Shown here in pieces: positions 8,571 to 20,034 of a stretch of DNA of 64,000 nt. The stretch's first letter is position 1; every line of letters starts with the position of its first letter. The DNA comes from Acidobacteriota bacterium (GTDB taxonomy: Bacteria > Acidobacteriota > UBA6911). The DNA lies in assembly GCA_963664705.1 (NCBI GenBank), contig OY761556.1, forward strand, positions 5,504,001 through 5,568,000. Direction: 5' to 3'. The notes under the pieces were generated by a model. The model was not told the origin of the DNA and did not search any database. It saw nothing but the letters and a program-made list of their open reading frames with translations. Position numbers and translations under genes: made by a program.

Positions 8571-9971
8571 CTATTTCTCCAATCTTGCTTCAAACGTGAA
8601 ACGCTCTTTGCCTACTGAAGCATCTTTGTAAATGACGCCCTTGGCCACCACATCCTTCAATAACGGCGATTTTTCCAGCTTTGGGATCAGATCCGATGCG
8701 GAGGAACTGAAGCCGGATATCGTAAGCAGTCCGTCCACACATCTGTAGCTCTGCAGATACGTATCGTTTGGAAGGATTGTGGTTAATTCTCTCAGAATCT
8801 CCAGGTTCATATCCCGGCCGCCCAGGAGCTCTTCCATGGACTTAATCTTCTTATTGAGCACGTCCGATTGAGTCCGGTAAGCTTGAACGCGTTCCACCGG
8901 TTTTTTAAGAATTTGGATTTGCCGGTCGAGTTCACTGGCCAGCGCCCGATTCTGCACGGTTCCCCGATACGCCAATGCGCAGAGCAGCCCAATGATGACC
9001 AGGCCGAGGATGGCTGCCGGTATATACCCCCAGCGGCTTTGCTGGATCCTGCGATCCTGCGGCAGAAGATTGATCTTGATCGCGGGGCGCCGGTTCAGTC
9101 CTGTATATGCAAGCCCAAGCGCTGAAGCTGCCTCCTGCATTTTGGGCCTGTTTTCGTTCGGGACATTCAGAGCCGCGATGCAGTTTCGCATCAGGTCGCA
9201 ATCCGGGAGGACTTCCTGAATCTCCGCGCAGGCACTTTCGGAGGATTCCCCTGTGAGAACAATTTTTTCTATGGTTCCTTCCGGGCCAAGACGAATCTTC
9301 GAAGCGGCCTCATCCGTTTCACGCAGGACGATGTCTTGCCATGCCACCTGGTCTGCTCGCGGAACTTCTTTGGAGTAGACCAGCGCGCCCTGCCGCAGCG
9401 CTGCGATCTCGAGCGATGAAGTATTCAGATCGCCAAGAATAAAAGTCTTATCCAGCCGGTTTTTGTCGTTTTGCAAAAGCAGGTTCGCCAACCCCATGGA
9501 GCCACAGATGACGGTTCCCGGCCGGATCCCGACGGAAAGCAGAAAACCCAGGATTTCATCCAGCATCGTTTTGCGAACCATGGCCAGCATGACTGTCAGG
9601 CGTTTGCCGGCTCCGTTGCCGGAGATCAGCGTATAGTCGTGATAAAACTTGTCTTCATCGGTCGGCTCGAAGGATTGGACCTGGTACTGAACAACCTGCT
9701 TCAGATTATCCGCAACCTCAGCGGGTAAATCGAGATAGCGCAGCACGATGTCCTTGCGTGGAATTCCGAGAACAATATTTTCGCGGTTGAGCCCCTTCGA
9801 CTTGAAGAAGGCATGAATCTCGCGCTTGAGATCCTCAGGATTCCGTTGCCGGTAGCCAGCAAAACGCACGAAATGTGTAAACACACTATCCGAATAGTTG
9901 CTTTGCAGCGAGGCAATCAGCAAGTCTTCCCCGCGCAGTTCGACTCCGACACTGGTTTTTAAATAAATCAT
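8571..9971 (-). CDS. gspL: Type II secretion GspL (PilM-PilN-like fusion)
   Basis: Cytoplasmic actin-like domain, INLLP motif, TM, PilN-like periplasmic domain. Confidence 0.82.
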   Translation of the reverse strand: MIYLKTSVGVELRGEDLLIASLQSNYSDSVFTHFVRFAGYRQRNPEDLKREIHAFFKSKGLNRENIVLGIPRKDIVLRYLDLPAEVADNLKQVVQYQVQSFEPTDEDKFYHDYTLISGNGAGKRLTVMLAMVRKTMLDEILGFLLSVGIRPGTVICGSMGLANLLLQNDKNRLDKTFILGDLNTSSLEIAALRQGALVYSKEVPRADQVAWQDIVLRETDEAASKIRLGPEGTIEKIVLTGESSESACAEIQEVLPDCDLMRNCIAALNVPNENRPKMQEAASALGLAYTGLNRRPAIKINLLPQDRRIQQSRWGYIPAAILGLVIIGLLCALAYRGTVQNRALASELDRQIQILKKPVERVQAYRTQSDVLNKKIKSMEELLGGRDMNLEILRELTTILPNDTYLQSYRCVDGLLTISGFSSSASDLIPKLEKSPLLKDVVAKGVIYKDASVGKERFTFEARLEK

Positions 9972-11047
9972 GGCGTCATGCCTTCATAATCCGGAACGTT
10001 TTCGTTCCAGTACAGGGTTCGATACTGCCTGTTCGGAACAGGATCAATATTGATGATACATCGAATAACACGGCGCACTTTCGAATTCAGGGCGTGCGCC
10101 GAAGCCGTGAGCGTATAAAAGCCGGATTGGTTTGTGGTCAGATAGGGCTGAGTCTTGGCATCCAGACTGATCCCGAGGTCGCGGGATATGTCCAGTATCG
10201 TTTTAAAAGGTTTGACATGACGTCGGTCATAGATAGCCCTTGCCGCGTCCGCTGTCATCATCGGAACAGACTGCAATACGGCCAACGGTGCATAATTGAC
10301 GTTCACCTGAGGGTTGGTTGAATAAACCGTCAGGTATCGCGATAGCCCATAGCGATAGGTTATTGCACCGTTTAAATCCTTTTCCGGATGCCCGTAAAAG
10401 TACTCCGGCGTAATGCCGCGGATAAGCAGCAGTTCTTCAATCGTGTCAATCCGTCCATTCTTGGCTTTGTAGGGAGGGTTCAGGGACTGATAGTAATCGT
10501 TCTCAGCCCCATTGATTCGATGTGCGGAATCCGCGTCGCGCCAATCGAGAATGGAATCCGCAATGATGTCCGAATCGGGCTTTTTGATTCCGCACGCCTC
10601 GACCAGGCTTCGCAACTGTTCCTCGTTGACACTGTTTACCGGGAGTTTTCCGGATTCGTCCTGCAACTCCACCCGATATTCCCCACCGCCCAATGTGCCT
10701 GTAATCACCCCCTGATCCAAAGGATCGGGCGTATCCTGCAATTCCACCTGCCGCAAACCGGCGGTGCTCTTTCGCACCATCAGCTGATATACGGTGGCGG
10801 CGATTCCAGCCCTTGCCACAAAATAAGAGTCCTCCAGGGACTGAGCATTCCGGGCCGCTGCCACTTCCACAAAAGTCTCTCTCGAAAAACTAAAGGCAAT
10901 AACGGTTAGCGCCGTCAGGATCCATAGCAGAGCGATCAGGATGACTCCATGTTCAGTCTTCGGATGCCGGATAGCAGTCGCCCGCGGGATGCCACCGCCG
11001 ACCGCCTTTTCACCGACAATGAATGACTGACGCCTAACGAACTTCAT
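9968..11047 (-). CDS. gspK: Minor pseudopilin GspK
   Basis: G/VILIALLW leader, DESGKLPVN, IADSILDWRDAD, YKAKNG, VNVNYAP. Confidence 0.92.
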   Translation of the reverse strand: MKFVRRQSFIVGEKAVGGGIPRATAIRHPKTEHGVILIALLWILTALTVIAFSFSRETFVEVAAARNAQSLEDSYFVARAGIAATVYQLMVRKSTAGLRQVELQDTPDPLDQGVITGTLGGGEYRVELQDESGKLPVNSVNEEQLRSLVEACGIKKPDSDIIADSILDWRDADSAHRINGAENDYYQSLNPPYKAKNGRIDTIEELLLIRGITPEYFYGHPEKDLNGAITYRYGLSRYLTVYSTNPQVNVNYAPLAVLQSVPMMTADAARAIYDRRHVKPFKTILDISRDLGISLDAKTQPYLTTNQSGFYTLTASAHALNSKVRRVIRCIINIDPVPNRQYRTLYWNENVPDYEGMTP

Positions 11048-11831
11048 TGCCTCTTCCTCTGATCCCCAAGGGATTGTTCAACTGATTGATCCCAAACGGA
11101 TTAATAAAAGTAGTCCGCCAATCATAAGGTTCCGCTTTGAGAGGCACGACCATATGACGGTTCAAATTGTTTCCACGCGGGTCACGCGATATCATGGTAA
11201 ACGATACCGCCAGCGGCAACCGGCCGATCTTCTGGCCGTCCCATTCCTGTACCCATTGCGATCCGTTATTGTTGTCTCCCGGATCGAAATACTCCAAAAG
11301 GCAACTGGAGAGATTCTCAAAAATCGGAACAGCGCGGGAACCGGATACGGATATTCCCTCTTCAGGCGTATCTCCCAGATACCGGGCTTCCCTTTCCACC
11401 AGTGCATACTCGCCGTTGTGGTCCTGGTCGACGTCATACGACACCATCGTGAGCCCCGGGCTTACCTGGAACTGTAGGGAGTTCAAACTGATAAACTGAA
11501 CGCCGTCCTTTTTCCCGCTAAATAGCAGTGCCCCGGTTCCGCCCGGTTGCTGGGAATCCATCTCAAGCAGCGCATAGGCTGAAGCCATCTGTTTTCTGAC
11601 CAGGTTCAGAATGCTTCGGTGCCGCTGATTGGCATCCATGAATTCCGTACCTCTTGACCAGGACCGGATGCTGACTCGAAACACCGCCCACAAGGCGACC
11701 GCCATGATGGCCACAAGCGTTACCGCCACCAGCATCTCGAGCAGCGTGAATCCGGCCATTCCCCGCGAGTCGGATCTGTGGATCCGCCCGGTTCGAATGA
11801 CAGATTCCTGGGTTTTGGCTGCACTGATCAT
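11034..11831 (-). CDS. gspJ: Minor pseudopilin GspJ
   Basis: Prepilin site G/FTLLEMLVA; size and position; C-terminal W...LPLAV. Confidence 0.85.
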   Translation of the reverse strand: MISAAKTQESVIRTGRIHRSDSRGMAGFTLLEMLVAVTLVAIMAVALWAVFRVSIRSWSRGTEFMDANQRHRSILNLVRKQMASAYALLEMDSQQPGGTGALLFSGKKDGVQFISLNSLQFQVSPGLTMVSYDVDQDHNGEYALVEREARYLGDTPEEGISVSGSRAVPIFENLSSCLLEYFDPGDNNNGSQWVQEWDGQKIGRLPLAVSFTMISRDPRGNNLNRHMVVPLKAEPYDWRTTFINPFGINQLNNPLGIRGRGNEVR

Positions 11832-12328
11832 TACCGCGTCCCCATTTTCTGATCCTGAGGCGTTGTTTTTACCAGCTTCAGTGTCTGCAACCGATAATCC
11901 GATCCCCTGGAATCCGGGCTGAACATCTCCACGGTGTAGCAGAGCAGTTTCACCGGAATGTTCAGTTGAGAATTCCTGTCGGGAAGCCGTTCGGAATTCG
12001 GGAGCGAGTAGTTGTCCACGCGTACCGTCCAGCGCGTGCCATCCTCGAAATCTCCGTTAAAGCTCGTAGGCTCCAGAATGGCATCATCAAGAAGCGCCAA
12101 TTCCATCACTGCTTCCGCATGTTCTACTGTGCGTGTTCTTAACTGAACCTTTCGTATGTTGCCCAACGATCCTGAAATCAAAGACAGCGTCAATGCCGCC
12201 CCAAGGGCCAGCACCGTGAGCGCAACCAGTACTTCCAGCAAAGTGAATCCGGAATCCGCCTTCCTGCGACTGCTCACCGCAGCGGCCTTGAAAAAATGCC
12301 CCGGATGAAGTTTGCGAAGCGGATTCAC
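11831..12328 (-). CDS. gspI: Minor pseudopilin GspI
   Basis: G/FTLLEVLVAL; operon order. Confidence 0.82.
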   Translation of the reverse strand: MNPLRKLHPGHFFKAAAVSSRRKADSGFTLLEVLVALTVLALGAALTLSLISGSLGNIRKVQLRTRTVEHAEAVMELALLDDAILEPTSFNGDFEDGTRWTVRVDNYSLPNSERLPDRNSQLNIPVKLLCYTVEMFSPDSRGSDYRLQTLKLVKTTPQDQKMGTR

Positions 12329-12807
12329 TGCAAATTCTCCCCCGACCCCTGCTCGATGCGGGCGCCGCCCGTAATCGGGTCGGTAAAAACTCTGAAAAAA
12401 GATCCGGTATCGGACTTCAGCAGCACCTCCGCATCGTCCGAACTCCCGTTGGGCAGAAACCGAACCGTCATCGGGTCTTCCCTTACTTCATTTCCTGCCA
12501 GAGTCATGCGCTGGATCTTCACATCCCTGGGCAGGATGTAGCTGCGATTTCCCTCGCCGAAATTGTCCGTGAGCACAAATTGCTGTTTGTCCTTATAAAC
12601 TGCAACGCACATACCGGACTGCTCGGTGACCGCCTTTTCCCGGGCATATCGAAATGTATTCAGAACGTCCCGCGCCGAGGTTCTCAGGTGCAGGGACGAC
12701 GTCCCACGCGAAAGGGATGGATAGGCCAACCCTACCGCCAGTGAGATGACGAGCACCACCACGATCAGCTCTATGAGTGTGAACCCCTGGTCGCTATGTC
12801 GATGCAT
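12325..12807 (-). CDS. gspH: Minor pseudopilin GspH/FimT
   Basis: G/FTLIELIVV, AREKAV, FLPNGSS. Confidence 0.85.
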   Translation of the reverse strand: MHRHSDQGFTLIELIVVVLVISLAVGLAYPSLSRGTSSLHLRTSARDVLNTFRYAREKAVTEQSGMCVAVYKDKQQFVLTDNFGEGNRSYILPRDVKIQRMTLAGNEVREDPMTVRFLPNGSSDDAEVLLKSDTGSFFRVFTDPITGGARIEQGSGENLQ

Positions 12808-12813
12808 AATCCC

Positions 12814-13233
12814 CTATTTCCAGCTGCAGATGTCGTCGTCGTTGCCTTCCGTGCCATCCGCACCGGCGGAATACAGATCGAAGTCTCCATGCATTCCGGG
12901 ACACCGGTATAAAAACGGCTTCCCCCAACTATCCTTCGGAACCTCTTTGGAAAGGTAAGGGCCTTTCCAGGTATCGGCATTGGCCGGGTTCCGAACAAGC
13001 GAATCCAGGCCCTCCGCTGTCGTCGGGAATCGCCCCACATCGAAGGAATACATTTGCAGCGCACCTTCGAGTTCCTTTATCTGGATTTTTGTGATCTGGT
13101 CTTTTCCCTTGGCAAGCTTATCGTAGACCCTGGGGGCGACAACCGCTGCAAGGAGGCCCAGGATTACCAGGACAACAATGAGTTCGATCAGCGTAAATCC
13201 CTTTTCCGACCTGCGTTCGTCATTTGCGAACAT
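12814..13233 (-). CDS. gspG: Major pseudopilin GspG
   Basis: G/FTLIEL, FPTTAEGLDSL, WKGPYL, DSWGKPF, SAGADG. Start at the ATG at 13233, which follows the SD gggagg. Confidence 0.95.
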   Translation of the reverse strand: MFANDERRSEKGFTLIELIVVLVILGLLAAVVAPRVYDKLAKGKDQITKIQIKELEGALQMYSFDVGRFPTTAEGLDSLVRNPANADTWKGPYLSKEVPKDSWGKPFLYRCPGMHGDFDLYSAGADGTEGNDDDICSWK

Positions 13234-13306
13234 ATCTTTCCTCCCGGCCTCATCTTTTGCCCGGTTTTTCATTGCTCGAAAAATGTCGTCGTTCATTCGT
13301 CATTCA

Positions 13307-14527
13307 TCACAGTGGTATGTCATTGATGCTGAATATGGCCATTAACATGGACACGACAATGGTTCCAATCACGACTCCCATTACCAGGATGAGAGCCGGT
13401 TCAAAAAACGAGATCAGGTTCTTGATGCTGTTGCGCACCTCAACGTCGTACACCTCGGCAACCTGAATAAGCATGGCGTCGAGTTTTCCGGATTCCTCTC
13501 CCACTTCGATCAGGTGCATGGCCAGGGGCGGAAACACGCCGCTCTGTTTCATTGGCTGCGTTATCCCTTCCCCTTTTTTTATTCCGTTCCGTATAGGCTC
13601 GATGGTGTTCGCGATGCTCTGATTTGCGATGATCTCGCGCACGATGGTCATCGATTGAAGAAGCGGGACGCCGCCATGCAATAGTGTCCCCAGCGAACGG
13701 GAAAAGCGTGCGACCTCGACCTTTTGAAGAACAGTGCCGACGAGTGGAACGCGCAGCATCCATCGATCCCATTTCAGCCTGCCTTCGCTGCTTTCGCGGA
13801 AGCGCTTGAAATAAATGAATGCCAGGCCGATGGCCAGGATGGCGGCCCACCAATAGTAGGTAAGAAAAGTGCTGAGACCTTTGAGGAAAGCCATGGGCAG
13901 CGGGAGCGGCACTCCCATGTCCTGGAAAATCGATGTGAATTTCGGGACAACGAAAAGCGTAAGAATGATGACGCTTGCCAAGCCGACGACCGAAAGCAGG
14001 ATCGGATAAACCATGGCTCCGACGATATACGATCTCAGGTTTTCGCTGGTTTCAAGGTAAGTGGCGAGCCGGGTCAGGATTTCTTCCAGCACTCCGCCCG
14101 CTTCTCCCGCCTTGACCATGCTTATGTACACTTTGGGGAAAACCGCCGGATATTTTGCCAGAGCTTCGGAGAAGGACTTGCCCCCCTTCACTTCCTTCAG
14201 CACATCCTGGATGACTTCCGACATCGCGGGGCTTTCTGCAAGCTGCCCCAGAACTGCCAGGCTGCGATCCAGCGGGAATCCGGCACGCACAAGGGTGTGA
14301 AGCTCCTGCGTAAAGATCAAAAGATCCTTGCGGCGCACCTTTTTCCGTTTCCAGGGCCACTCGATCTCGCGCCTGAAGATCGCTTGCTTGGTTTGGGACC
14401 CGATATTGATGGGAAGCAGCCCCATTTCCTGCAGCTTTAAGGACACAGTTCCGTTATCCGAGGCTTCCATGGTCCCCTCGACGATCTTGCCTTCAAAGGT
14501 GCTTGCCTTATAGCTATAGGACGGCAT
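13307..14527 (-). CDS. gspF: T2SS inner-membrane platform protein GspF/PilC
   Basis: Two T2SSF domains (AGEAGG, VGEESGKLD, EPALIL). Confidence 0.95.
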   Translation of the reverse strand: MPSYSYKASTFEGKIVEGTMEASDNGTVSLKLQEMGLLPINIGSQTKQAIFRREIEWPWKRKKVRRKDLLIFTQELHTLVRAGFPLDRSLAVLGQLAESPAMSEVIQDVLKEVKGGKSFSEALAKYPAVFPKVYISMVKAGEAGGVLEEILTRLATYLETSENLRSYIVGAMVYPILLSVVGLASVIILTLFVVPKFTSIFQDMGVPLPLPMAFLKGLSTFLTYYWWAAILAIGLAFIYFKRFRESSEGRLKWDRWMLRVPLVGTVLQKVEVARFSRSLGTLLHGGVPLLQSMTIVREIIANQSIANTIEPIRNGIKKGEGITQPMKQSGVFPPLAMHLIEVGEESGKLDAMLIQVAEVYDVEVRNSIKNLISFFEPALILVMGVVIGTIVVSMLMAIFSINDIPL

Positions 14528-14537
14528 CGTATGGTCC

Positions 14538-14632
14538 CACAATTTCGGATTGCGGAGTACAATTTGCGGAATGGAATGCCTTTTCTTCAGTCCACAATTC
14601 GAAATTCGAAATCCGTGATTCGTAAATAGAAT
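14538..14632. repeat. Heptamer-microrepeat palindromic insert between gspE and gspF
   Basis: tttcggattgcggagtacaatttgcggaat ... ttcgaaattcgaaatccgtgattcgtaaat (opposed 7-mer tracts). Confidence 0.55.
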
Positions 14633-14638
14633 TCATAA

Positions 14639-16363
14639 CTAGGTTTCCTGCGTAACCCGGAGGACTTCCGCGATCGTCGTTATCCCCTGCCGGACCTTCA
14701 ACCACCCGTCATCCCGCAGAGAACGCATACCGTTCTCATTGGCTTTTTTCCGAATCTGGTTGGAGTCTGCTTTTCCTACCGTAAGCTTGCGAATGTCATC
14801 GTTAATCACCATCAGTTCATAGATGCCAAGCCGGCCGGTGAAACCGGTGTTGCCGCATTTTTCGCAGCCGGCTCCTTCATAAAAACGAGCCGGGCCTTCT
14901 TTGCGGTCGCCGCGCCGGAATCCGATTTCGTCCAACATTTCCGGTACAGGGAATACCTCGGTTTTGCAGGCCGGGCAAATCACCCGGACAAGGCGCTGCG
15001 CAAGAACGCCCAAAAGCGAGGATGCGATCAGATAGTCCTGGGCTCCCATATCGATCAGACGCGTGATGGCGCTCGGAGCATCGTTGGTGTGCAGCGTGGA
15101 AAAAACAAGATGTCCGGTCAAGGCTGCGCGGATGGCGATCTCCGCCGTTTCCAGGTCGCGGATTTCGCCGACCATGATCACGTCCGGATCCTGCCTGACG
15201 ATGTGTCTAAGACCGGCCGCAAAGGTCAACCCGATCTGCGGATTGACGTGGATCTGGTTGACGCCGTCGATCTGGTATTCGATCGGGTCTTCAATCGTGA
15301 TGATCTTTTTGTCCGGCAGGTTAATGGTACTCAATCCACTGTACAGCGTCGTGGTTTTGCCGCTTCCGGTGGGGCCCGTAACCATGAAAATACCGTGCGG
15401 ACGCCGTATCAGAGATTCGAATTCGCGCAGAGAATCTTCGGGGAATCCCAGGTTGCGGATGTCGTAGAGGCTCGTGTTGCTCTTGTCCAGGATACGCATG
15501 ACCACGCTTTCCCCGTATAGCGTCGGCAGCGTCGAAACACGCAAGTCGATATCTTTCCCGAGTACCTTCAACTTAATTCGTCCATCCTGCGGCAGCCGCC
15601 GCTCCGCAATGTTCAGTTTGGACATGATTTTGACGCGGCTGATCAGCGCGGCCTTCAGCTTTTTGGGCGGGGACTCGACGTCATGCAGGAGGCCGTCAAT
15701 CCGGTACCGCACCTTCAGATCCTTTTCAAAAGGCTCGATGTGAATGTCACTGGCGCGGCTTTCAATTGCTTTGGAGATGAGAAGGTTTACCAGGCGGATG
15801 ACAGGGGCTTCCGATGCAAGATCCTTGAGCTGCTCGATATCCTCGATCTCATCCAGGCTCTCGATGTTGCCATCATCGATTCCTTCAATAATCCTACCCA
15901 GCGTGCTGGCCGCTGAGCCGTAGAATTTCTCCAGCATATCCATGATTTCGCTTTCGGCCCCGAGCAGCGGCCGCAGCTGATATCCGGTCGCCTGCCGGAC
16001 CGAGTCCAGCGTGGCGCTGTCCAGCGGATCCGTCATGGCAAGCGTTAACACGCTGTTTTCAAGAGAGACGGGGATAAACTTGCACTGCTTCATAAACCTG
16101 AACGTGAGGACATTTTCAAGCACAGGGCCGGGCGGATAATCCGTAACGGATAAAGCCGGGATATTGAGATGCTCGGAGACAACCGCGAGACAATCCTTCT
16201 CGGAAACATATCCGAGATCTACCAGAAGCTTGCCCAGTTTTTCCCGCGATTCAGCCTGAAGGTTGAGCGCTGTGCGCAGTTCCTCCTCGTCGATAAGGCC
16301 GCGTTCGAGGAAGACCTGCCCGATAAGCTTTTTTGATTTGAGGTTCTCGACTTTAATACTCAA
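14639..16363 (-). CDS. gspE: T2SS ATPase GspE with N-terminal MshEN-like domain
   Basis: Walker A GPTGSGKT, TIEDPIEY, DPDVIMVGEIRD, TGHLVFSTLHTN, CxxC...CxxC. Confidence 0.96.
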   Translation of the reverse strand: MSIKVENLKSKKLIGQVFLERGLIDEEELRTALNLQAESREKLGKLLVDLGYVSEKDCLAVVSEHLNIPALSVTDYPPGPVLENVLTFRFMKQCKFIPVSLENSVLTLAMTDPLDSATLDSVRQATGYQLRPLLGAESEIMDMLEKFYGSAASTLGRIIEGIDDGNIESLDEIEDIEQLKDLASEAPVIRLVNLLISKAIESRASDIHIEPFEKDLKVRYRIDGLLHDVESPPKKLKAALISRVKIMSKLNIAERRLPQDGRIKLKVLGKDIDLRVSTLPTLYGESVVMRILDKSNTSLYDIRNLGFPEDSLREFESLIRRPHGIFMVTGPTGSGKTTTLYSGLSTINLPDKKIITIEDPIEYQIDGVNQIHVNPQIGLTFAAGLRHIVRQDPDVIMVGEIRDLETAEIAIRAALTGHLVFSTLHTNDAPSAITRLIDMGAQDYLIASSLLGVLAQRLVRVICPACKTEVFPVPEMLDEIGFRRGDRKEGPARFYEGAGCEKCGNTGFTGRLGIYELMVINDDIRKLTVGKADSNQIRKKANENGMRSLRDDGWLKVRQGITTIAEVLRVTQET

Positions 16364-16970
16364 GGATTTTCACCCTCTGTCTGAATTCTTTATACCGGTC
16401 TGTTTTGCGCCCAAACTCATCAAGGTCTTTTTTGGAGGCGGTCATCACAATTGTCTTGTTTGCATTCGGTTCATCCGGGAAAACCCGGTCCTCAAAGAAA
16501 CCGACAATGGTGATGCTGTCGCTCTTCCGAAGCTGACGGAAACTATCCCCTTTTTCCATCAGTACCCGGATCAACTTTTCTTTGAGTTCTTCAATGCGCC
16601 TTTTTTTGGCTTCCGGCCCGGCGTCCACCTTGGAACGGATCTGGCCGAACGGAGTGTTGACCACCGCTCGGTGAATATTAATCATAAAAGACACACTTAT
16701 TCCATAGTCCGGCAAATACGCACCCTTTGCCTTTTGAACCAGTGCAAACGGGCTGCTGCTGAAACTGCTGCTAATTACATCATTTACCACATCTTCGAAC
16801 TTGAGAATATCCCGTTGTGTTTGTGCATAATCGAGTCTTGTGTCGTCGGCGGATTCCTGGCCCGACCCCGCAGGCATCGCTGCCAGGGAAAACGTGAGAA
16901 TCCAGACGACAATTAGAACAACAGCATAGCCTTTAACTGCAGGCAGTTCTATGGCATTCGGGTCTTCCAT
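16353..16970 (-). CDS. Exported hypothetical protein, overlapping the gspE start
   Basis: Signal-peptide-like N-terminus; GAYLPDYGISVSF; ATG at 16970 follows the SD gagg. Confidence 0.7.
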   Translation of the reverse strand: MEDPNAIELPAVKGYAVVLIVVWILTFSLAAMPAGSGQESADDTRLDYAQTQRDILKFEDVVNDVISSSFSSSPFALVQKAKGAYLPDYGISVSFMINIHRAVVNTPFGQIRSKVDAGPEAKKRRIEELKEKLIRVLMEKGDSFRQLRKSDSITIVGFFEDRVFPDEPNANKTIVMTASKKDLDEFGRKTDRYKEFRQRVKILEY

Positions 16971-16993
16971 ATGCCTCTGTGCGCCTCTAGCGA

Positions 16994-17536
16994 TCAATTC
17001 CGGTTTCCACTGCGAGCGGCACTGACGCGTGCCGTACGCGAATACAACCAATGATTCTGCTCCACGGTATCCAGCATTTTCTGGATCATCAGATAATTTT
17101 GCTCGTTGGTACGCATTTCGCTATCGTCCAGGGCCCGCTTCACCAGGTCCCGGACTTCACTCTTGCTGTAAGAGACGTCATCCGGCGCCCGTCGGAAGAG
17201 ACTCGTACGAAACGAAAAACCATCCTTCGTCCAGGTTAGTTCGGTATTGGCGAGCGCCAGGAAACAGAGAAGAACCATGGCAGCAATCGCGCCATAACGC
17301 GCAAGCTTCCAATAGTTTATCCGCTTTTCCTTCAATTCCTGCCTCGCCATGGATACGCTTCGAAGCGGGGATTCATCCTTCCATCCCTGGAGATACTTCT
17401 GCGTTTGCTTCAAATCATCGAGTTCCTGCCGACATTCCGCACAGGTCTGGAGATGGGCTTTCACCTCGGGACTTGCCTCCGAGGGATCGTCATACAACAG
17501 ATCCGCAAAGCTCTCCCGAATCTCATCGCAATGCAT
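16994..17536 (-). CDS. Zinc-finger anti-sigma factor (zf-HC2/ZAS) with one TM
   Basis: MHCDE...HLQTCAECRQEL (HxxxCxxC) plus TM; directly downstream of an ECF sigma. Confidence 0.88.
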   Translation of the reverse strand: MHCDEIRESFADLLYDDPSEASPEVKAHLQTCAECRQELDDLKQTQKYLQGWKDESPLRSVSMARQELKEKRINYWKLARYGAIAAMVLLCFLALANTELTWTKDGFSFRTSLFRRAPDDVSYSKSEVRDLVKRALDDSEMRTNEQNYLMIQKMLDTVEQNHWLYSRTARVSAARSGNRN

Positions 17537-17558
17537 GGCTGAACTCCCGCAAAGATCC

Positions 17559-17623
17559 ATATCCCAAATTTCAGATTTCAAATGAGTTCTGAAATTTAAA
17601 ATCAAGAATTTGAAATTGGATAT
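17559..17623. repeat. Heptamer-microrepeat palindromic insert between sigma and anti-sigma
   Basis: atatcccaaatttcagatttcaaat ... tgaaatttaaaatcaagaatttgaaattggatat. Confidence 0.55.
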
Positions 17624-17633
17624 CTATTAGCAC

Positions 17634-18200
17634 TTATCGTCCTTTTATTCCTAAACGTCTCAGATTCCGCTGCACATCTTTGAGTCCGTGGTAGAGGCGG
17701 GATTTTGCGGTGGAGAGCGGGCATTCCATTACATCCGCCAGTTCTTCCAGGCTCAATCCCATGTATTCCTTCAACACAATCGCGGACCGGTGATCGTCAC
17801 TGAGTCCTGACAGCGCTTTCTGAATAATGTCAATGGTTTCCAGTCTGTCCCCGCGATCTTCGGCAGCAAGCCCGAAGACAACGGTGCTCTCGGCATCTCC
17901 TTTGTCCTGTACCGGGCTGCTCAGCGATAGATGGGACACTCTGGATCTCCTGCGTGCCCGGCAATGATTCAGCGCAATCTGGTATAGCCAGGTGGAAAAA
18001 CTGCCGGGATCCCGCAACCCCCTGAGGGACCTGAAAACCGAGAGAAACGTTTCCTGCACGATATCCTGGGCATCTTCTCGATTGCCAACCATGCGCCAGG
18101 CGAGGTTATATATCTTCCGCTCCCAGCAATGGACAATCCTGCTGAAGGCCTCTTCTTCTCCCGCGAGAAATCTTCGGACCGCCTCCTCGGTTTCTATCAT
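17634..18200 (-). CDS. ECF RNA polymerase sigma factor
   Basis: DAQDIVQETF, FSTWLYQIALN, region 4 (TAKSRLYHG). Confidence 0.93.
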   Translation of the reverse strand: MIETEEAVRRFLAGEEEAFSRIVHCWERKIYNLAWRMVGNREDAQDIVQETFLSVFRSLRGLRDPGSFSTWLYQIALNHCRARRRSRVSHLSLSSPVQDKGDAESTVVFGLAAEDRGDRLETIDIIQKALSGLSDDHRSAIVLKEYMGLSLEELADVMECPLSTAKSRLYHGLKDVQRNLRRLGIKGR

Positions 18201-18360
18201 GCATAGATCCCTTGATGAAGGCAGCCACAGCTATGGATAACGATAATGGCAGGAAAGTCTAAAGAAAATGACGAATGACGGCTAAAGAATGATGCCTTTG
18301 GATCTGAGCACTGAGCATTTTGTGGTTTTATTTGGCAAGTCGTCATTCTTGATTCAAAGC

Positions 18361-18393
18361 TACAGGTCGCAGGACTTCAACCTGCGACCTGTA
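18361..18393 (-). terminator. Hairpin downstream of guaB
   Basis: Perfect 13-bp stem: tacaggtcgcagg-acttcaa-cctgcgacctgta. Confidence 0.55.
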
Positions 18394-18421
18394 ACTTGAA
18401 ATGCGCCAATTATGAATAAGG

Positions 18422-19921
<1,500 letters not shown>

Positions 19922-19926
19922 TTAAC

Positions 19927-20031
19927 ATCGGGGACGTCCCACCCATTCGCCGGTTTTTTGAGCGGTGTATCGAATGGAGTCCCGCCTATGCACCCCGTAA
20001 AAAGCAGGTGAATGAGCGGGACGTCCCCGAT
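19927..20031. repeat. REP-like inverted repeat pair between secA and guaB
   Basis: atcggggacgtcccacccattcgcc ... ggtgaatgagcgggacgtccccgat. Confidence 0.7.
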
Positions 20032-20034
20032 TTA

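Noticed and set aside
18205-18265. Autoregulatory ECF promoter before the sigma gene
   Set aside because: The best candidate (AGACTT...CGTT) has atypical spacing; too weak to call.
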